Below, in pieces: positions 37,464 to 46,944 of a stretch of DNA of 64,000 nt. Below the pieces are notes generated by a model that was not told where the DNA came from, searched no databases, and worked only from the letters and a program-made list of their open reading frames with translations. How positions within the stretch are numbered: the first letter of the stretch is position 1; every line of letters starts with the position of its first letter. A program made the translations under genes and the position numbers. The stretch comes from a virus. The stretch is taken from the IMG/VR virus record IMGVR_UViG_3300032294_002823; one strand, written 5' to 3'.

Positions 37464-38474
37464 TATTTTATTGATACCAAATATTTGAACTTGATTGGAC
37501 ATCGGTTACCGTTGTTCAAGAAAAAGAAAACTGATTTGTGGAACTGCCGGTGCATTGTGTGTGGTGATTCTCGCACCAATAAAAACAAGGCACGGGGTTA
37601 TTTTTATCGTCAACGAAATGACTTGTACTACAAGTGTCATAATTGTTTGGCAAGCCAACACTTCGGCACATTTCTAAAGAATATAGATAGTATACTCTAC
37701 CAACAGTACGTGTTTGAACGTTATGCTACAGGTGAGAATGGGCCCAAAGCGCATACCAAAGCTGAAGAATTTGTCTATCAATATGAAAAGGTGGAGTTTA
37801 AACCTAAACCTTTAATAGAAACAGTCGCACAAAAATTATCAGAACTACCTGATGATAACGAGGCGGTCCAGTATTGCTTGACGCGCGGCATTCCGCGTAG
37901 TAAATTTACCGAGTTGTACTATATCAATTCAGTACGAAAAATACAAGAGATAGCGCCTGAATATACAAGTATCAAGACAGAAGAACCTCGCTTACTTCTT
38001 CCTTTTTATAATGAAGCGGGTGAACTCACAGGTGTAACGATGCGAGCCCTGCGCGGGGAACATCTTCGCTATATAATGATAAAGCTGAAAGATGATGAAC
38101 CTTTAATTTTCGGGATGAATAATGTTAACAAAGAAATTCCCATCACAATTGTTGAAGGGCCTATTGATAGCCTGTTTGTTGACAATTGTGTGGCGGTTGC
38201 TGGTACGGGATTCTCAAAAATTGAATCTTTGGGATTGAACAAAGAACTCATTACAATAGTGTTTGACAATCAACCTAGAAATATTGAGGTATGTCGTCTT
38301 GTTGAAAAATATATTAACCTTAATTATAAAGTATTCATCTGGCCTTGTGGCATTCCTGAAAAGGATATTAACGACTATGTGGCAGGCCGAGGTGAAATCC
38401 AACAACTTATTCGTGAGAACACCTACCAAGGACTCATGGCCCAACTCAAATTTACAGAATGGAGAAACTGCTAA
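37458..38474 (+). CDS. gp61: DNA primase
   Basis: CIVCGDS...CHNC zinc finger; VEGPIDSLF; VFDNQPRN; KDIND TOPRIM motifs. Confidence 0.96.
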   Translation: MSYFIDTKYLNLIGHRLPLFKKKKTDLWNCRCIVCGDSRTNKNKARGYFYRQRNDLYYKCHNCLASQHFGTFLKNIDSILYQQYVFERYATGENGPKAHTKAEEFVYQYEKVEFKPKPLIETVAQKLSELPDDNEAVQYCLTRGIPRSKFTELYYINSVRKIQEIAPEYTSIKTEEPRLLLPFYNEAGELTGVTMRALRGEHLRYIMIKLKDDEPLIFGMNNVNKEIPITIVEGPIDSLFVDNCVAVAGTGFSKIESLGLNKELITIVFDNQPRNIEVCRLVEKYINLNYKVFIWPCGIPEKDINDYVAGRGEIQQLIRENTYQGLMAQLKFTEWRNC

Positions 38475-39151
38475 TGAACGTGAGACTCGTATCACACACG
38501 ATTGCATGTGATGATTTTGATTTTATCGCCACGCCCACTGAGCTTGTGGCGTTTTGCGCCCGAGTGAGTAATCCCAATAATCAAAATAACACAGAGTCAT
38601 CAGAAAAACTCATCAACTATCTCATCAAATATAAGCATTGGAGTCCGTTTGAGATGGTGAACATGACATTGGAAATTGACACAACCCGTGATATTGCACG
38701 ACAAATTCTTCGGCATCGGAGTTTCACATTTCAAGAATTTTCACAGCGATATGCGTCAGTTGATTCGTTGGATATGGAACCACAGATTCGTGAGGCACGT
38801 TTACAAGATTTAAAGAATCGGCAAAATTCCATTGAAACACAAGATGAAAATTTGCAAATGTTGTGGGAGGCAAGGCAACGTGCTGTGTGGGAAACAGCTA
38901 TTGAACAATATCAATGGGCTCTTGATAATGGAATTGCAAAAGAAGTTGCACGCGCTGTCCTGCCTGAAGGTCTTACAAAGTCACGTATGTATGTGAATGG
39001 CACCTTGAGAAGCTGGATTCACTATATAGATATACGTTCTGAGGCGGCAACTCAGAAAGAACACCGTGAGATTGCTGTTGCCTGTGCCAAGGCAATCGCT
39101 GAAATCTTCCCAATGATAAATAACTTTTCACACAATGAGGACGTAAAATGA
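38474..39151 (+). CDS. thyX: Flavin-dependent thymidylate synthase
   Basis: HWSPFE, RQILRHRSFTFQEFSQRY, EVARAVLP, TQKEHR. Confidence 0.96.
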   Translation: MNVRLVSHTIACDDFDFIATPTELVAFCARVSNPNNQNNTESSEKLINYLIKYKHWSPFEMVNMTLEIDTTRDIARQILRHRSFTFQEFSQRYASVDSLDMEPQIREARLQDLKNRQNSIETQDENLQMLWEARQRAVWETAIEQYQWALDNGIAKEVARAVLPEGLTKSRMYVNGTLRSWIHYIDIRSEAATQKEHREIAVACAKAIAEIFPMINNFSHNEDVK

Positions 39152-39537
39152 GAGAGCAAACTGACGTAGGAATTTTCATGGAAGCATGTGGACAAGAAGT
39201 ATTACGTCAACCTAGTTTTCTAAATGCAAATCTTCCGCAAGCAGATTTGTATATGGAATTGATCCGGGAAGAATTTGAAGAATTAAAAGAAGGATATGAA
39301 AATTCTGACATCACCGAAGTGGCAGATGCATGCGGTGATTTAATCTGGGTTATTTTAGGATTGGCGAATAGTTTAGGAATTCCAATGCATCAAGTGTGGC
39401 ATGAAATTTCTGCATCCAATATGAGTAAGACAGTAGAAGGCAAGGTTATCAAGCGCGAAGATGGCAAGATTCTCAAGCCCGATACATATTTTCCACCAAA
39501 CATTCAACGAGCACTAGGACTAACTACAGATGACTAA
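39148..39537 (+). CDS. MazG-like all-alpha NTP pyrophosphohydrolase
   Basis: LIREEFEEL, EVADACGDL, SNMSK, REDGKILKP. Confidence 0.88.
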   Translation: MREQTDVGIFMEACGQEVLRQPSFLNANLPQADLYMELIREEFEELKEGYENSDITEVADACGDLIWVILGLANSLGIPMHQVWHEISASNMSKTVEGKVIKREDGKILKPDTYFPPNIQRALGLTTDD

Positions 39538-41389
39538 GATGGAATTACCCGCAAAGATTTTGTCAGACATTACAACTTTCATGAAGTATGCAAAGTTTGA
39601 CCCAACAAAGAATCGTCGTGAGAACTGGGTTGAATTGGTTGATAGAAACAAGCAAATGCACTTGGAAAAGTTTCCACAGTTACAGGATGAAATTGAAGCT
39701 GCCTATAAGTTTGTCTATGACAAGAAGGTGCTCCCTTCAATGCGTTCATTACAATTTGCTGGCAAGCCCATCGCCATTAATAACGCACGTTTGTATAATT
39801 GCTGTTTCTTACCAATTGACCATGTTGATGCCTTTAGTGAAGTTATGTTCCTATTGCTTTCAGGCACAGGTGTAGGGTATTCAGTACAACGTCATCACAT
39901 TGAAAAGCTCCCAGAAATTAACAAGCCCGTTAAGAATCGTCGTTATTTGATTGGTGATAGTATTGAAGGATGGGCGGATGCCATCAAGGTGCTCATGACA
40001 GCATACATGAAGGGAAAGGCCTACCCTGTATTCGACTTCAGTGATATTCGTCCCAAGGGCGCACAACTCATTACATCAGGCGGCAAGGCACCTGGTCCAG
40101 AACCTTTAAAGGATTGCTTACATAATGTTCAGAAAATTCTTGATAGAAAAGAAAACGGCGAAAAACTTTCAACATTGGAAGTCCACGATATTCTATGCTA
40201 CATTGCTGACGCTGTTCTTGCTGGTGGAATTCGTCGTTCCGCTATGATTTCATTGTTCAACATTGATGATGAAGAAATGTTGACATGTAAGTTTGGTAAT
40301 TGGTGGGAAACAGCTCCTCAACGTGGTCGCGCCAATAACTCTGCTGTGATTGTTCGCCACATGGTGGAAGAGGAAGTGTTCATGGATTTATGGAAGAAGA
40401 TTGAAGCATCAGGCTCAGGTGAACCTGGGTTCTTCTTCACGAATGACAAGGATTGGGGCATGAACCCATGTGCAGAAATTTCTCTCCGTCCTTTCCAGTT
40501 CTGTAACTTAACAACCATTCACGCAGGTGATGTTGAATCACAAAATGATTTAAATGAACGTGCCAAGGCGGCAGCATTCATTGGCACATTACAGGCAAGT
40601 TACACTGACTTTCACTATTTGAGGGATATATGGAAGAGAACAACAGAGAAGGAAGCCTTGATTGGAGTATCAATGACAGGAATTGCTTCTGGCGGAGTCC
40701 TGAAGTTAGACCTCAAGGAATCAGCCAATCTGGTGAAGGAAGAGAATCAACGTGTCGCAGCTTTAATTGGTACGAACCCAGCGGCACGATGCACAACGGT
40801 GAAGCCTGAAGGTACATCATCCCTAGTACTAGGCACATCATCTGGCATTCATGCATGGCATAATGAACATTACATTCGCCGTATTCGTGTGGGCAAGAAT
40901 GAAAGCATCTACACCTACTTAAACATCAATCACCCTGAACTTGTGAAGGATGAATTCTTCAAGCCCACCATTCAGGCTGTAATTGAAGTGCCTCAGAAGG
41001 CACCGGCAGGGGCAGTCACACGCCAAGAAAGTGCTCTTGATTTATTGAAGCGCGTATCTAAGGTGTGGAAGGAATGGGTGAAGCCAGGACATCGTAAGGG
41101 ATCCAATAAGAATAATGTTTCAACCACTGTAACTATCAAGCCTGATGAATGGCAAGAAGTGGGTGAATGGATGTGGGCAAATCGTGATAGTTTCACAGCT
41201 CTCTCAGTTCTTCCTCACAGCGACCATACATATATTCAAGCACCCTTTGAAGATATCACACAGGAGCAATACGAAGAAATGATTACATCACTACATGCCA
41301 TTAATTTAGATGATGTTGTTGAATTAGCCGACAGTACTTCATTACAAGGTGAAGTTGCATGTGGCGGCGGCGCATGTGAGGTTGTATGA
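39530..41389 (+). CDS. nrdJ: Class II (B12-dependent) ribonucleotide reductase
   Basis: LPSMR, YNCCF, GGIRRSA, NPCAEI, FCNL, TVKPEGT, C-terminal ACGGGACEV. Confidence 0.94.
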   Translation: MTKMELPAKILSDITTFMKYAKFDPTKNRRENWVELVDRNKQMHLEKFPQLQDEIEAAYKFVYDKKVLPSMRSLQFAGKPIAINNARLYNCCFLPIDHVDAFSEVMFLLLSGTGVGYSVQRHHIEKLPEINKPVKNRRYLIGDSIEGWADAIKVLMTAYMKGKAYPVFDFSDIRPKGAQLITSGGKAPGPEPLKDCLHNVQKILDRKENGEKLSTLEVHDILCYIADAVLAGGIRRSAMISLFNIDDEEMLTCKFGNWWETAPQRGRANNSAVIVRHMVEEEVFMDLWKKIEASGSGEPGFFFTNDKDWGMNPCAEISLRPFQFCNLTTIHAGDVESQNDLNERAKAAAFIGTLQASYTDFHYLRDIWKRTTEKEALIGVSMTGIASGGVLKLDLKESANLVKEENQRVAALIGTNPAARCTTVKPEGTSSLVLGTSSGIHAWHNEHYIRRIRVGKNESIYTYLNINHPELVKDEFFKPTIQAVIEVPQKAPAGAVTRQESALDLLKRVSKVWKEWVKPGHRKGSNKNNVSTTVTIKPDEWQEVGEWMWANRDSFTALSVLPHSDHTYIQAPFEDITQEQYEEMITSLHAINLDDVVELADSTSLQGEVACGGGACEVV

Positions 41390-41655
41390 TTACCGTTAAG
41401 AGATTTACAGCACCTTGGTGTGCTCCGTGCAGAATGCTAGCCCCTGTGTTATCGGGGCTAGCAACTGAGTATCCTGATGTTGTGTTTGAAACTGTAGATG
41501 TTGATGCACAACCAGAAGTTGCACAGCAATATGATATTCGTTCCGTACCCACTGTTATCATTTTCAAGAATGATGAAATTGTTACTAGTATTGTGGGTGC
41601 AAACGCAAAACAAAAATACGTGGATGCCATTGAAATTGTTAAAGGTGCCGCATGA
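41386..41655 (+). CDS. trxA: Thioredoxin
   Basis: APWCAPC, IRSVPT. Confidence 0.93.
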   Translation: MITVKRFTAPWCAPCRMLAPVLSGLATEYPDVVFETVDVDAQPEVAQQYDIRSVPTVIIFKNDEIVTSIVGANAKQKYVDAIEIVKGAA

Positions 41656-42329
41656 GTGACGAACCTATTTTTAATGACAATGCCGAAGATGTCATTATAG
41701 GTAATCAAAACTATCGTGTTCGAAACATTGAAATACGAAAGCGCGGCACTACCACATGGTTCAATAGTTCAGAATTACCCATTGTCATTATTGACCAAAC
41801 AGGAACTATTACAAATTTAGGTAATACAACAACGACGGGTGTTGTGTCAGGGGCATCAGGTGTGTTCGTTGCAAACATGACATCGGCAAGTGTCATCACA
41901 GGTCCCGTTGGTTGTACAACTGTGACAGCAGCAACGTCGGTACAGGCGCCGTTAGGTATCTTTGCATCATTGGCGGCGCCATATAAATTATTCGATATTA
42001 AACACCCAGACGCAACAAAAGAACATCAACGATTACGTCACGGTAGTTTAGAAGGTCCTGAATTGGCGGTGTATGTTCGGGGCAAGACTTCAAGTGATGT
42101 CATTGTTCTTCCTGAGTATTGGCAACATTTGGTGAATAAAGAAAGTATCACAGTACATTTAACAGCAACACACCCTGACCAATTCTTACACGTACTACAA
42201 ACCAGTGACACAGAAATTTCAGTTGGGGGAAACAATCATGTATCATATCATTATTACATTGTTGCTGAACGAAAAGATGTGCCTAAGTTAGAAGTAGAAG
42301 TTGATTCACAACACGATTACGGATTTTAA
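41652..42329 (+). CDS. Hypothetical protein with a C-terminal domain typical of phage tail proteins
   Basis: FDIKHP...LRHGSLEGPE.AVYVRG...LPEYW...ITVHLT...AERKD. Confidence 0.65.
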   Translation: MSDEPIFNDNAEDVIIGNQNYRVRNIEIRKRGTTTWFNSSELPIVIIDQTGTITNLGNTTTTGVVSGASGVFVANMTSASVITGPVGCTTVTAATSVQAPLGIFASLAAPYKLFDIKHPDATKEHQRLRHGSLEGPELAVYVRGKTSSDVIVLPEYWQHLVNKESITVHLTATHPDQFLHVLQTSDTEISVGGNNHVSYHYYIVAERKDVPKLEVEVDSQHDYGF

Positions 42330-42331
42330 AA

Positions 42332-42487
42332 ATGCATAAAGTTTTCTGTTGCCTTTCATGCGAGGCGGAATTTTCAATTAAGCATGACATGGATGATTAT
42401 CATTACACCATTCAGTTTTGTCCATTCTGTGGTGAAACACTAGATGAAGATGAAACGTTTGAGTTTGATGATGAGGATGAGGAATGA
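42332..42487 (+). CDS. Small zinc-ribbon protein (51 aa, below ORF-track cutoff)
   Basis: CLSC...FCPFCG plus acidic tail; stop overlaps next ATG. Confidence 0.7.
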   Translation: MHKVFCCLSCEAEFSIKHDMDDYHYTIQFCPFCGETLDEDETFEFDDEDEE

Positions 42488-43191
42488 AGAATTTACTCAC
42501 CATTGTTATCCCCTGTAAAAATGAAGAAAATTATATTGTACCTTTATTAGAAGATTTGTTACAGCAGCATGGTATTGAAGATGTTCGCATTATTATTGCA
42601 GACGCCGACAGTACCGATGCTACTGTTCCTCTCATCAAAACCTTCAAAGATGAACTCAATGTTGAGATTGTCAAAGGAGGTCCCGTTTCTGTAGGTAGAA
42701 ATAACGGAGCAAAATTAGTCACTACACCTTACATCCTTTTCCTAGACGCCGATGTTCGCCTTTTCAATCATCATGCTATTTCTGATGCTGTCAAATGCAT
42801 CCACGAAGAAAAATTAGATTTAATAACAGCCAATATTAAAAATTATGGGAAAGATTTAAGAGCATCATTCTTCTTTTGGGGATTCAATGTTATCAACAAG
42901 ATAATGACCAAGAACACGCCATTTGCCATAGGTGCATTCTTCTTGACTCGTCGGAATAAGTTTGAAGAACTTGAAGGGTTCCCAAACAAATACGATACAT
43001 CCGAAGATTATATTCTTAGTAAGAAATATGATGCCAAGAAGTTTAAAATCATTCATCACCATTTTGGTCAAGATGAACGAAGATTCAAGAAGTTGGGTTA
43101 CTGGGGTATGTTAAAATACATGGCTGTTAATTTTTGGAATAGAAATAATTTAAAGCATTTCGAAAAAGCAACAGTAAATTACTGGGACTAA
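42484..43191 (+). CDS. GT2-family glycosyltransferase
   Basis: IVIPCKNEE, DADSTDAT, GRNNGA, LFLDAD, SED. Confidence 0.92.
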   Translation: MKNLLTIVIPCKNEENYIVPLLEDLLQQHGIEDVRIIIADADSTDATVPLIKTFKDELNVEIVKGGPVSVGRNNGAKLVTTPYILFLDADVRLFNHHAISDAVKCIHEEKLDLITANIKNYGKDLRASFFFWGFNVINKIMTKNTPFAIGAFFLTRRNKFEELEGFPNKYDTSEDYILSKKYDAKKFKIIHHHFGQDERRFKKLGYWGMLKYMAVNFWNRNNLKHFEKATVNYWD

Positions 43192-43192
43192 C

Positions 43193-43924
43193 ATGAAACA
43201 TCATAAGGCAATCATCATCTCTGATGTTCATTTGGGCACCGAAGCCTGTAAAGCCACTGAACTCCTTGAATTTTTAAATCAGAATCACACTGACATTCTG
43301 ATTATCAATGGTGACTTTGTGGATGGGTGGGCGCTCGCAAAAGGATACAAGTGGCGAGCAAAACACACTAAGGTGATATCGAAGATATTAGACATTTCCA
43401 GAAAGATACCTGTAGTTTGGATTCGAGGTAATCATGATGAATTTCTACATGAATTCATGCACATGCATCTCGGCAAACTTCAAGTCGAAGAAAATTACAT
43501 TCTTGATTTAGGTGAAGGAAAGAGATATTTCATTTTTCATGGTGACATTCTCGACGTATTCGTAGCCAAGTGGAAATGGATTGCCAAGTTAGGATCAACA
43601 GGATATGAAATTGCACTACGTATTAACACTCTGTATAACAAGTGGCGTGCCTGGCGTAACCTCCCGTACTATTCCATCTCCAAGGACATTAAGGCAGGTG
43701 TGAAGGCAGCAGTGAATTACATCACAGACTTTGAAGTTAGTGCCACAAAACTGGCACGCCAACATAATTGTTCAGGTGTTATCTGCGGGCATATTCACGT
43801 TCCTGAGAACAGACAAATTGATGGTATTCATTATATAAATTCAGGTGACTGGGTGGAAAACATGACTGCCATCTTGATTGATTACGATAATCACATTACA
43901 ATAAAAGACTTTCAACACCTCTAA
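43193..43924 (+). CDS. Metallophosphoesterase, PlcP/LpxH2-like (putative phospholipase C)
   Basis: ISDVHLG, GDFVDGW, GNHDE, HGDILD, ICGHIH, NSGDWVE. Confidence 0.85.
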   Translation: MKHHKAIIISDVHLGTEACKATELLEFLNQNHTDILIINGDFVDGWALAKGYKWRAKHTKVISKILDISRKIPVVWIRGNHDEFLHEFMHMHLGKLQVEENYILDLGEGKRYFIFHGDILDVFVAKWKWIAKLGSTGYEIALRINTLYNKWRAWRNLPYYSISKDIKAGVKAAVNYITDFEVSATKLARQHNCSGVICGHIHVPENRQIDGIHYINSGDWVENMTAILIDYDNHITIKDFQHL

Positions 43925-43959
43925 TAAATAGTGTAGTATCTCATGATTGAGGCTAGACT

Positions 43960-44355
43960 ATGTGGTTATATGAAAGTGTTGAATTCAATGAAGTGCCTGA
44001 TGATATTATAGGATTTGTCTATCGTATCACTAACCTTAAAACAGGGCGAGAATATATTGGAAAAAAGTTATTCACTTCAGCCCGAAGAAAAGTTGTCAAA
44101 GGAAAGCGAAAGAAATTACGGGTTGAATCCGATTGGCGAGAATACTACGGAAGCAATAAAGAACTGTTACACGATGTTACTACCCATGGACACGATGCTT
44201 TCCGCCGTGAGATATTGCGTTTGTGTAAAACTAAAGGACAATGTAGTTATTTTGAAGCAAAGTTACAATTTGAGTATGGTGTCCTAGAACATCCTGAAAA
44301 ATTCTATAACACATGGATCATGTGTAGAATACATCAGAAACATTTAAAGCTATGA
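43960..44355 (+). CDS. GIY-YIG nuclease-domain protein
   Basis: GFVYRITNLKTGREYIGKK, YYGS, FRREIL, YN. Confidence 0.8.
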   Translation: MWLYESVEFNEVPDDIIGFVYRITNLKTGREYIGKKLFTSARRKVVKGKRKKLRVESDWREYYGSNKELLHDVTTHGHDAFRREILRLCKTKGQCSYFEAKLQFEYGVLEHPEKFYNTWIMCRIHQKHLKL

Positions 44356-45209
44356 TAATCATCACATTACTCTCAGCTCTATTCATTAGTTCAGTTGCCG
44401 CGTGGTTTTCCATTGCGGGGTTGATTGCCATCTTTCCAGGCGCACCCATTGCTGTAGGTATCATGGGATCCGCGTTGGAACTAGGAAAGTTGGTTGCTGC
44501 TTCATGGATATATCGTTTTTGGAGTAAGACAAATATCCTCATGCGAAGTTATTTCATTTCAGCCATTGTTGTGTTAAGTTTCATCACAAGCATTGGAGTG
44601 TTCGGATATCTTACCCGTGCCTATGCTGAAGGCACAGAAGGATTGGATGCCAACTCGGAACAAATTGCTTTGTTGGATGCACAAATTGCCATTGAACAAG
44701 ACAACGTGAGTGTGTCACGCATCACGTTACAACAATTAGATAAAGCCGTCAGTAATTTAAATGATAGTTCACGGGTGGAACGCGCCATTCAAGTGCGTAA
44801 TTCACAACGCCGTGAACGTACAGATTTAAATTCCACAATTGCCGCAAGCAATCAAAAGATTGGTGAACTAAAGAAACAAAAAGCAGAATTGAATCTGGGT
44901 CAAAGAAAATTGGAAACAGAAGTGGGACCCATTAAATATGTGGCACAATTGGTGTATGGCGCAGATGACACTAACACCATTGACAAGGCAGTTCGTTTGC
45001 TTGTGCTTCTACTAATATTTGTGTTTGACCCATTGGCAATTCTCATGGTGATTGCCGCGAACATATCCGCGAAAAAAGATGCCATCTCCATCAATATTCC
45101 TCCCACCAACAACTTTGCCGAAACGGTAAATAATAAAGCAAATACCACAAAAATGGATACGGAATGGAATCCTGGGAGTTGGTTCAAGATGGTGAAGAAG
45201 CCTAAGTGA
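44352..45209 (+). CDS. Multi-pass membrane protein with coiled coil
   Basis: Three N-terminal TMs (LELGKLVAASW), coiled coil, EVGPIKY, IFVFDPLA. Confidence 0.8.
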   Translation: MIIITLLSALFISSVAAWFSIAGLIAIFPGAPIAVGIMGSALELGKLVAASWIYRFWSKTNILMRSYFISAIVVLSFITSIGVFGYLTRAYAEGTEGLDANSEQIALLDAQIAIEQDNVSVSRITLQQLDKAVSNLNDSSRVERAIQVRNSQRRERTDLNSTIAASNQKIGELKKQKAELNLGQRKLETEVGPIKYVAQLVYGADDTNTIDKAVRLLVLLLIFVFDPLAILMVIAANISAKKDAISINIPPTNNFAETVNNKANTTKMDTEWNPGSWFKMVKKPK

Positions 45210-45264
45210 TTGAAAAATAAGCACTTACGAGGCACTTGACAAATAGCCCCTAGAGTGTTATATT
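45203..45264 (+). promoter_or_regulatory. Early promoter with upstream 25-bp element
   Basis: taagtgattgaaaaataagcactta 45203-45227; TTGACA 45236, 17 nt spacer, TATATT 45259. Confidence 0.82.
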
Positions 45265-45292
45265 TAAGTATACTCTAAAATATGGAGGCTCT

Positions 45293-45559
45293 ATGAGCAC
45301 TGTAGTATTGGATGATGTGACGCGGGAAGGCATCCGAAACATTCTGCGAGCATCGGTCATTAGCATCACGTTCACCAAGTCGGATGGGTCGTCTCGGATT
45401 ATGAAGTGCACCTTGAATGAGGAGTTTCTCCCCAAGGTTGACAAGGATACAAACTCTGAAGGACGTAAGGTGAATCCTGATGTATGCCCAGTTTGGGACA
45501 TGGAGAATCAGGCATGGCGTTCGTTCCGGTGGGACTCCATCACTAAGATTGAGGTCTAA
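45293..45559 (+). CDS. SH3-fold WYL_2/DUF2693-like protein
   Basis: FTKSDGSSR.M.CTL...VWD....WRSFR. Confidence 0.8.
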   Translation: MSTVVLDDVTREGIRNILRASVISITFTKSDGSSRIMKCTLNEEFLPKVDKDTNSEGRKVNPDVCPVWDMENQAWRSFRWDSITKIEV

Positions 45560-45560
45560 C

Positions 45561-46673
45561 ATGACGTTGCACACGGTATTGCCTCCAGCTTCCGACGCTA
45601 AGTTTATTGGTGACGAACCCACGTGGCTTGATGTGGATGTGGCTGAGGATCAGTATAACAAGGAAATTCTGCGCGCCTTGAATTGGCATAACTATTGTGC
45701 CGGTGATAAGGATTATATGAAGTATGTTGAGGCATGGATTAAGGAACATCGTCCGAAAACGGCAAAGCAGGATATTGCAGCATGGCGCGATACGAGTCGC
45801 ATTGACAAAACTCTATGTGCCATGGCACGTATTCAGATGCAAGGATTTCCTTTGGCTGAAAAGCACATAATGCAACTTGAAGATTATGTGGAAAATATTG
45901 TGAAGCCAGCAAAGCGCACGCGCTCTGCCACGACAGTGACGCCTACGGTTCAGCGCCCGACCATTCAGGACAGAATCAAGCAGCAAGTGGCAGGTACCAT
46001 TTCCAACTTAGATGTCCGCGTGGATGATGCCTTTGAAGATAATTTGGCTACGCCCGAGGACATTTCGGGAGATATTCTGTCACAAAATTTCAAGGGTCCG
46101 CAGCTCAAGCTCATTCAGGATTATTTGAATCGCAATTTGATTGAATGGATTCAGGCATATTCTGGTGACGATGAACAGCTTGCCCAGGGATACAAGTATA
46201 TCGGAAGGCGTAATCTCAAAAAGATTATTGATACTTTCACTCAGGTCATGGATACCATTTCACAGCAATCCACACGGATCAAGACGCAGCGTATTCGCAA
46301 GAAGAAGCCTGTGGACAAGAAGAAGATGGCAAGCAAGCTTCGCTTCATGAAGGATTTCCCAGAACTGAACATTCAGAGTTTGAATCCGGTTGATATCATC
46401 GGCGCCAATATGATTTGGGTCTATGATACCAAGAAGCGCCGACTTGGATACTATGAGGCAGAATTGAAGAACAGTTTGTTTGTGAAGGGCACAAAGATTG
46501 AGGGATTCAAGGTGACCTGCGAGAAAATTCTACGTAAGCCCGAGGAGCAAATTCCCGAAATCATGAAGCTCCGAAAGAATCAGACTGTCAATTGGTTTGA
46601 TGGCATTCGTGCAAAGTGTAAGGACATGACTGGACGTACTAATACTAATCTCATTCTGTTGAGGATTGACTAA
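45561..46673 (+). CDS. Conserved T4-like hypothetical protein
   Basis: GDEP, ALNWHNY, TIQDRI, IIGA..WVYDTKKR, LRKPEE, GRTN; RBS GAGG. Confidence 0.8.
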   Translation: MTLHTVLPPASDAKFIGDEPTWLDVDVAEDQYNKEILRALNWHNYCAGDKDYMKYVEAWIKEHRPKTAKQDIAAWRDTSRIDKTLCAMARIQMQGFPLAEKHIMQLEDYVENIVKPAKRTRSATTVTPTVQRPTIQDRIKQQVAGTISNLDVRVDDAFEDNLATPEDISGDILSQNFKGPQLKLIQDYLNRNLIEWIQAYSGDDEQLAQGYKYIGRRNLKKIIDTFTQVMDTISQQSTRIKTQRIRKKKPVDKKKMASKLRFMKDFPELNIQSLNPVDIIGANMIWVYDTKKRRLGYYEAELKNSLFVKGTKIEGFKVTCEKILRKPEEQIPEIMKLRKNQTVNWFDGIRAKCKDMTGRTNTNLILLRID

Positions 46674-46933
46674 TGATTACACGATTTGATTTGGAAGATA
46701 TGTTGATGAAGTGCTGGCATGTGACTGACGACATTGACCTCGTGGTCACGATGGTAGGAAACATGGATATCAACGCACGGGATAAGGATCGACTCTTGAA
46801 CATTCTTATTGGATTGAAGGAGTTGTATAACGCTCGCCATAGTGCAACGTTCGCTGTATTTGAAGACCTTGTGGGTCGAGGTGTCTTTCCAAAACCCCAT
46901 TGGGACCAGTCCTCATTTAATCCCCCTGTTTGA
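46673..46933 (+). CDS. Hypothetical protein
   Basis: RFDLE...CW.VTDD...N.LIGL..LY. Confidence 0.7.
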   Translation: MITRFDLEDMLMKCWHVTDDIDLVVTMVGNMDINARDKDRLLNILIGLKELYNARHSATFAVFEDLVGRGVFPKPHWDQSSFNPPV

Positions 46934-46944
46934 TTAGAGGTAAT

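Noticed and set aside
20133-41389. Introns or inteins in gp43, gp41, uvsX, nrdJ
   Set aside because: All are uninterrupted and of normal length
43193-43924. True LpxH of lipid A synthesis
   Set aside because: Has GNHD rather than GNRD, and no other lpx genes are present
43960-44355. Mobile Seg-like homing endonuclease
   Set aside because: Only a catalytic GIY-YIG domain with no DNA-binding extension; resembles a conserved small T4-like gene
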